A DNA stretch of 64,000 nucleotides from Somniosus microcephalus (taxonomy: Eukaryota), in the NCBI GenBank assembly GCA_052327205.1, contig CM126225.1, forward strand, positions 35,588,001 through 35,652,000, given 5' to 3'. Below the pieces are notes generated by a model. That model did no database searches. It worked only from the letters and a program-made list of their open reading frames with translations, and was not told where the DNA came from. Positions within the stretch are counted from its first letter, which is position 1. Each line of letters starts with the position of its first letter. Below, in pieces: positions 63,883-64,000 of this stretch. The translations under genes and the position numbers were made by a program.

Positions 63883-64000
63883 GGCCAGAATTTTGTCAGC
63901 GCTCAGGGAGCGGGTTTGGAGGTGGGACATCTGGCAAAATCGCAAAGATTGACAGCGGGTCAGAAACCTGCTGTCAACCCGCCTCCAAACAATCTTCCCA
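63883..64000 (+). mobile_element. Left end of another Harbinger element, running off the window
   Basis: Collinear with 57380-57485 (ggcc..att.t...gcgctcag...tgacagcgggt...gtcaacccgcctcc). Confidence 0.8.

Overview
Eukaryotic, transposon-saturated vertebrate DNA. The repeat families (CR1, L2, RTE, Penelope, Deu-domain SINEs) suggest a cartilaginous fish; this is inference. The only host coding sequence I can support is one 143-bp exon (51449-51591, +) of a ZNF385-family gene, most like ZNF385C, so most of the window is probably intron. Contents: two PIF/Harbinger elements with a spliced Myb/SANT gene convergent with a DDE transposase (one internally deleted), a decayed third transposase and the start of another element at the window edge. 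There are also about 13 Harbinger-type MITEs, two Tc1/pogo MITEs, nested CR1 LINEs, a young full-length Gypsy with a 12-copy tandem array inside its RT, a solo LTR, and Penelope fragments with minimal hammerhead motifs. The most unusual signal is a Harbinger MITE family whose four copies share a palindrome with compensatory changes and a cluster of convergent 5' splice-site motifs on both strands. All calls are by eye, with no database search.
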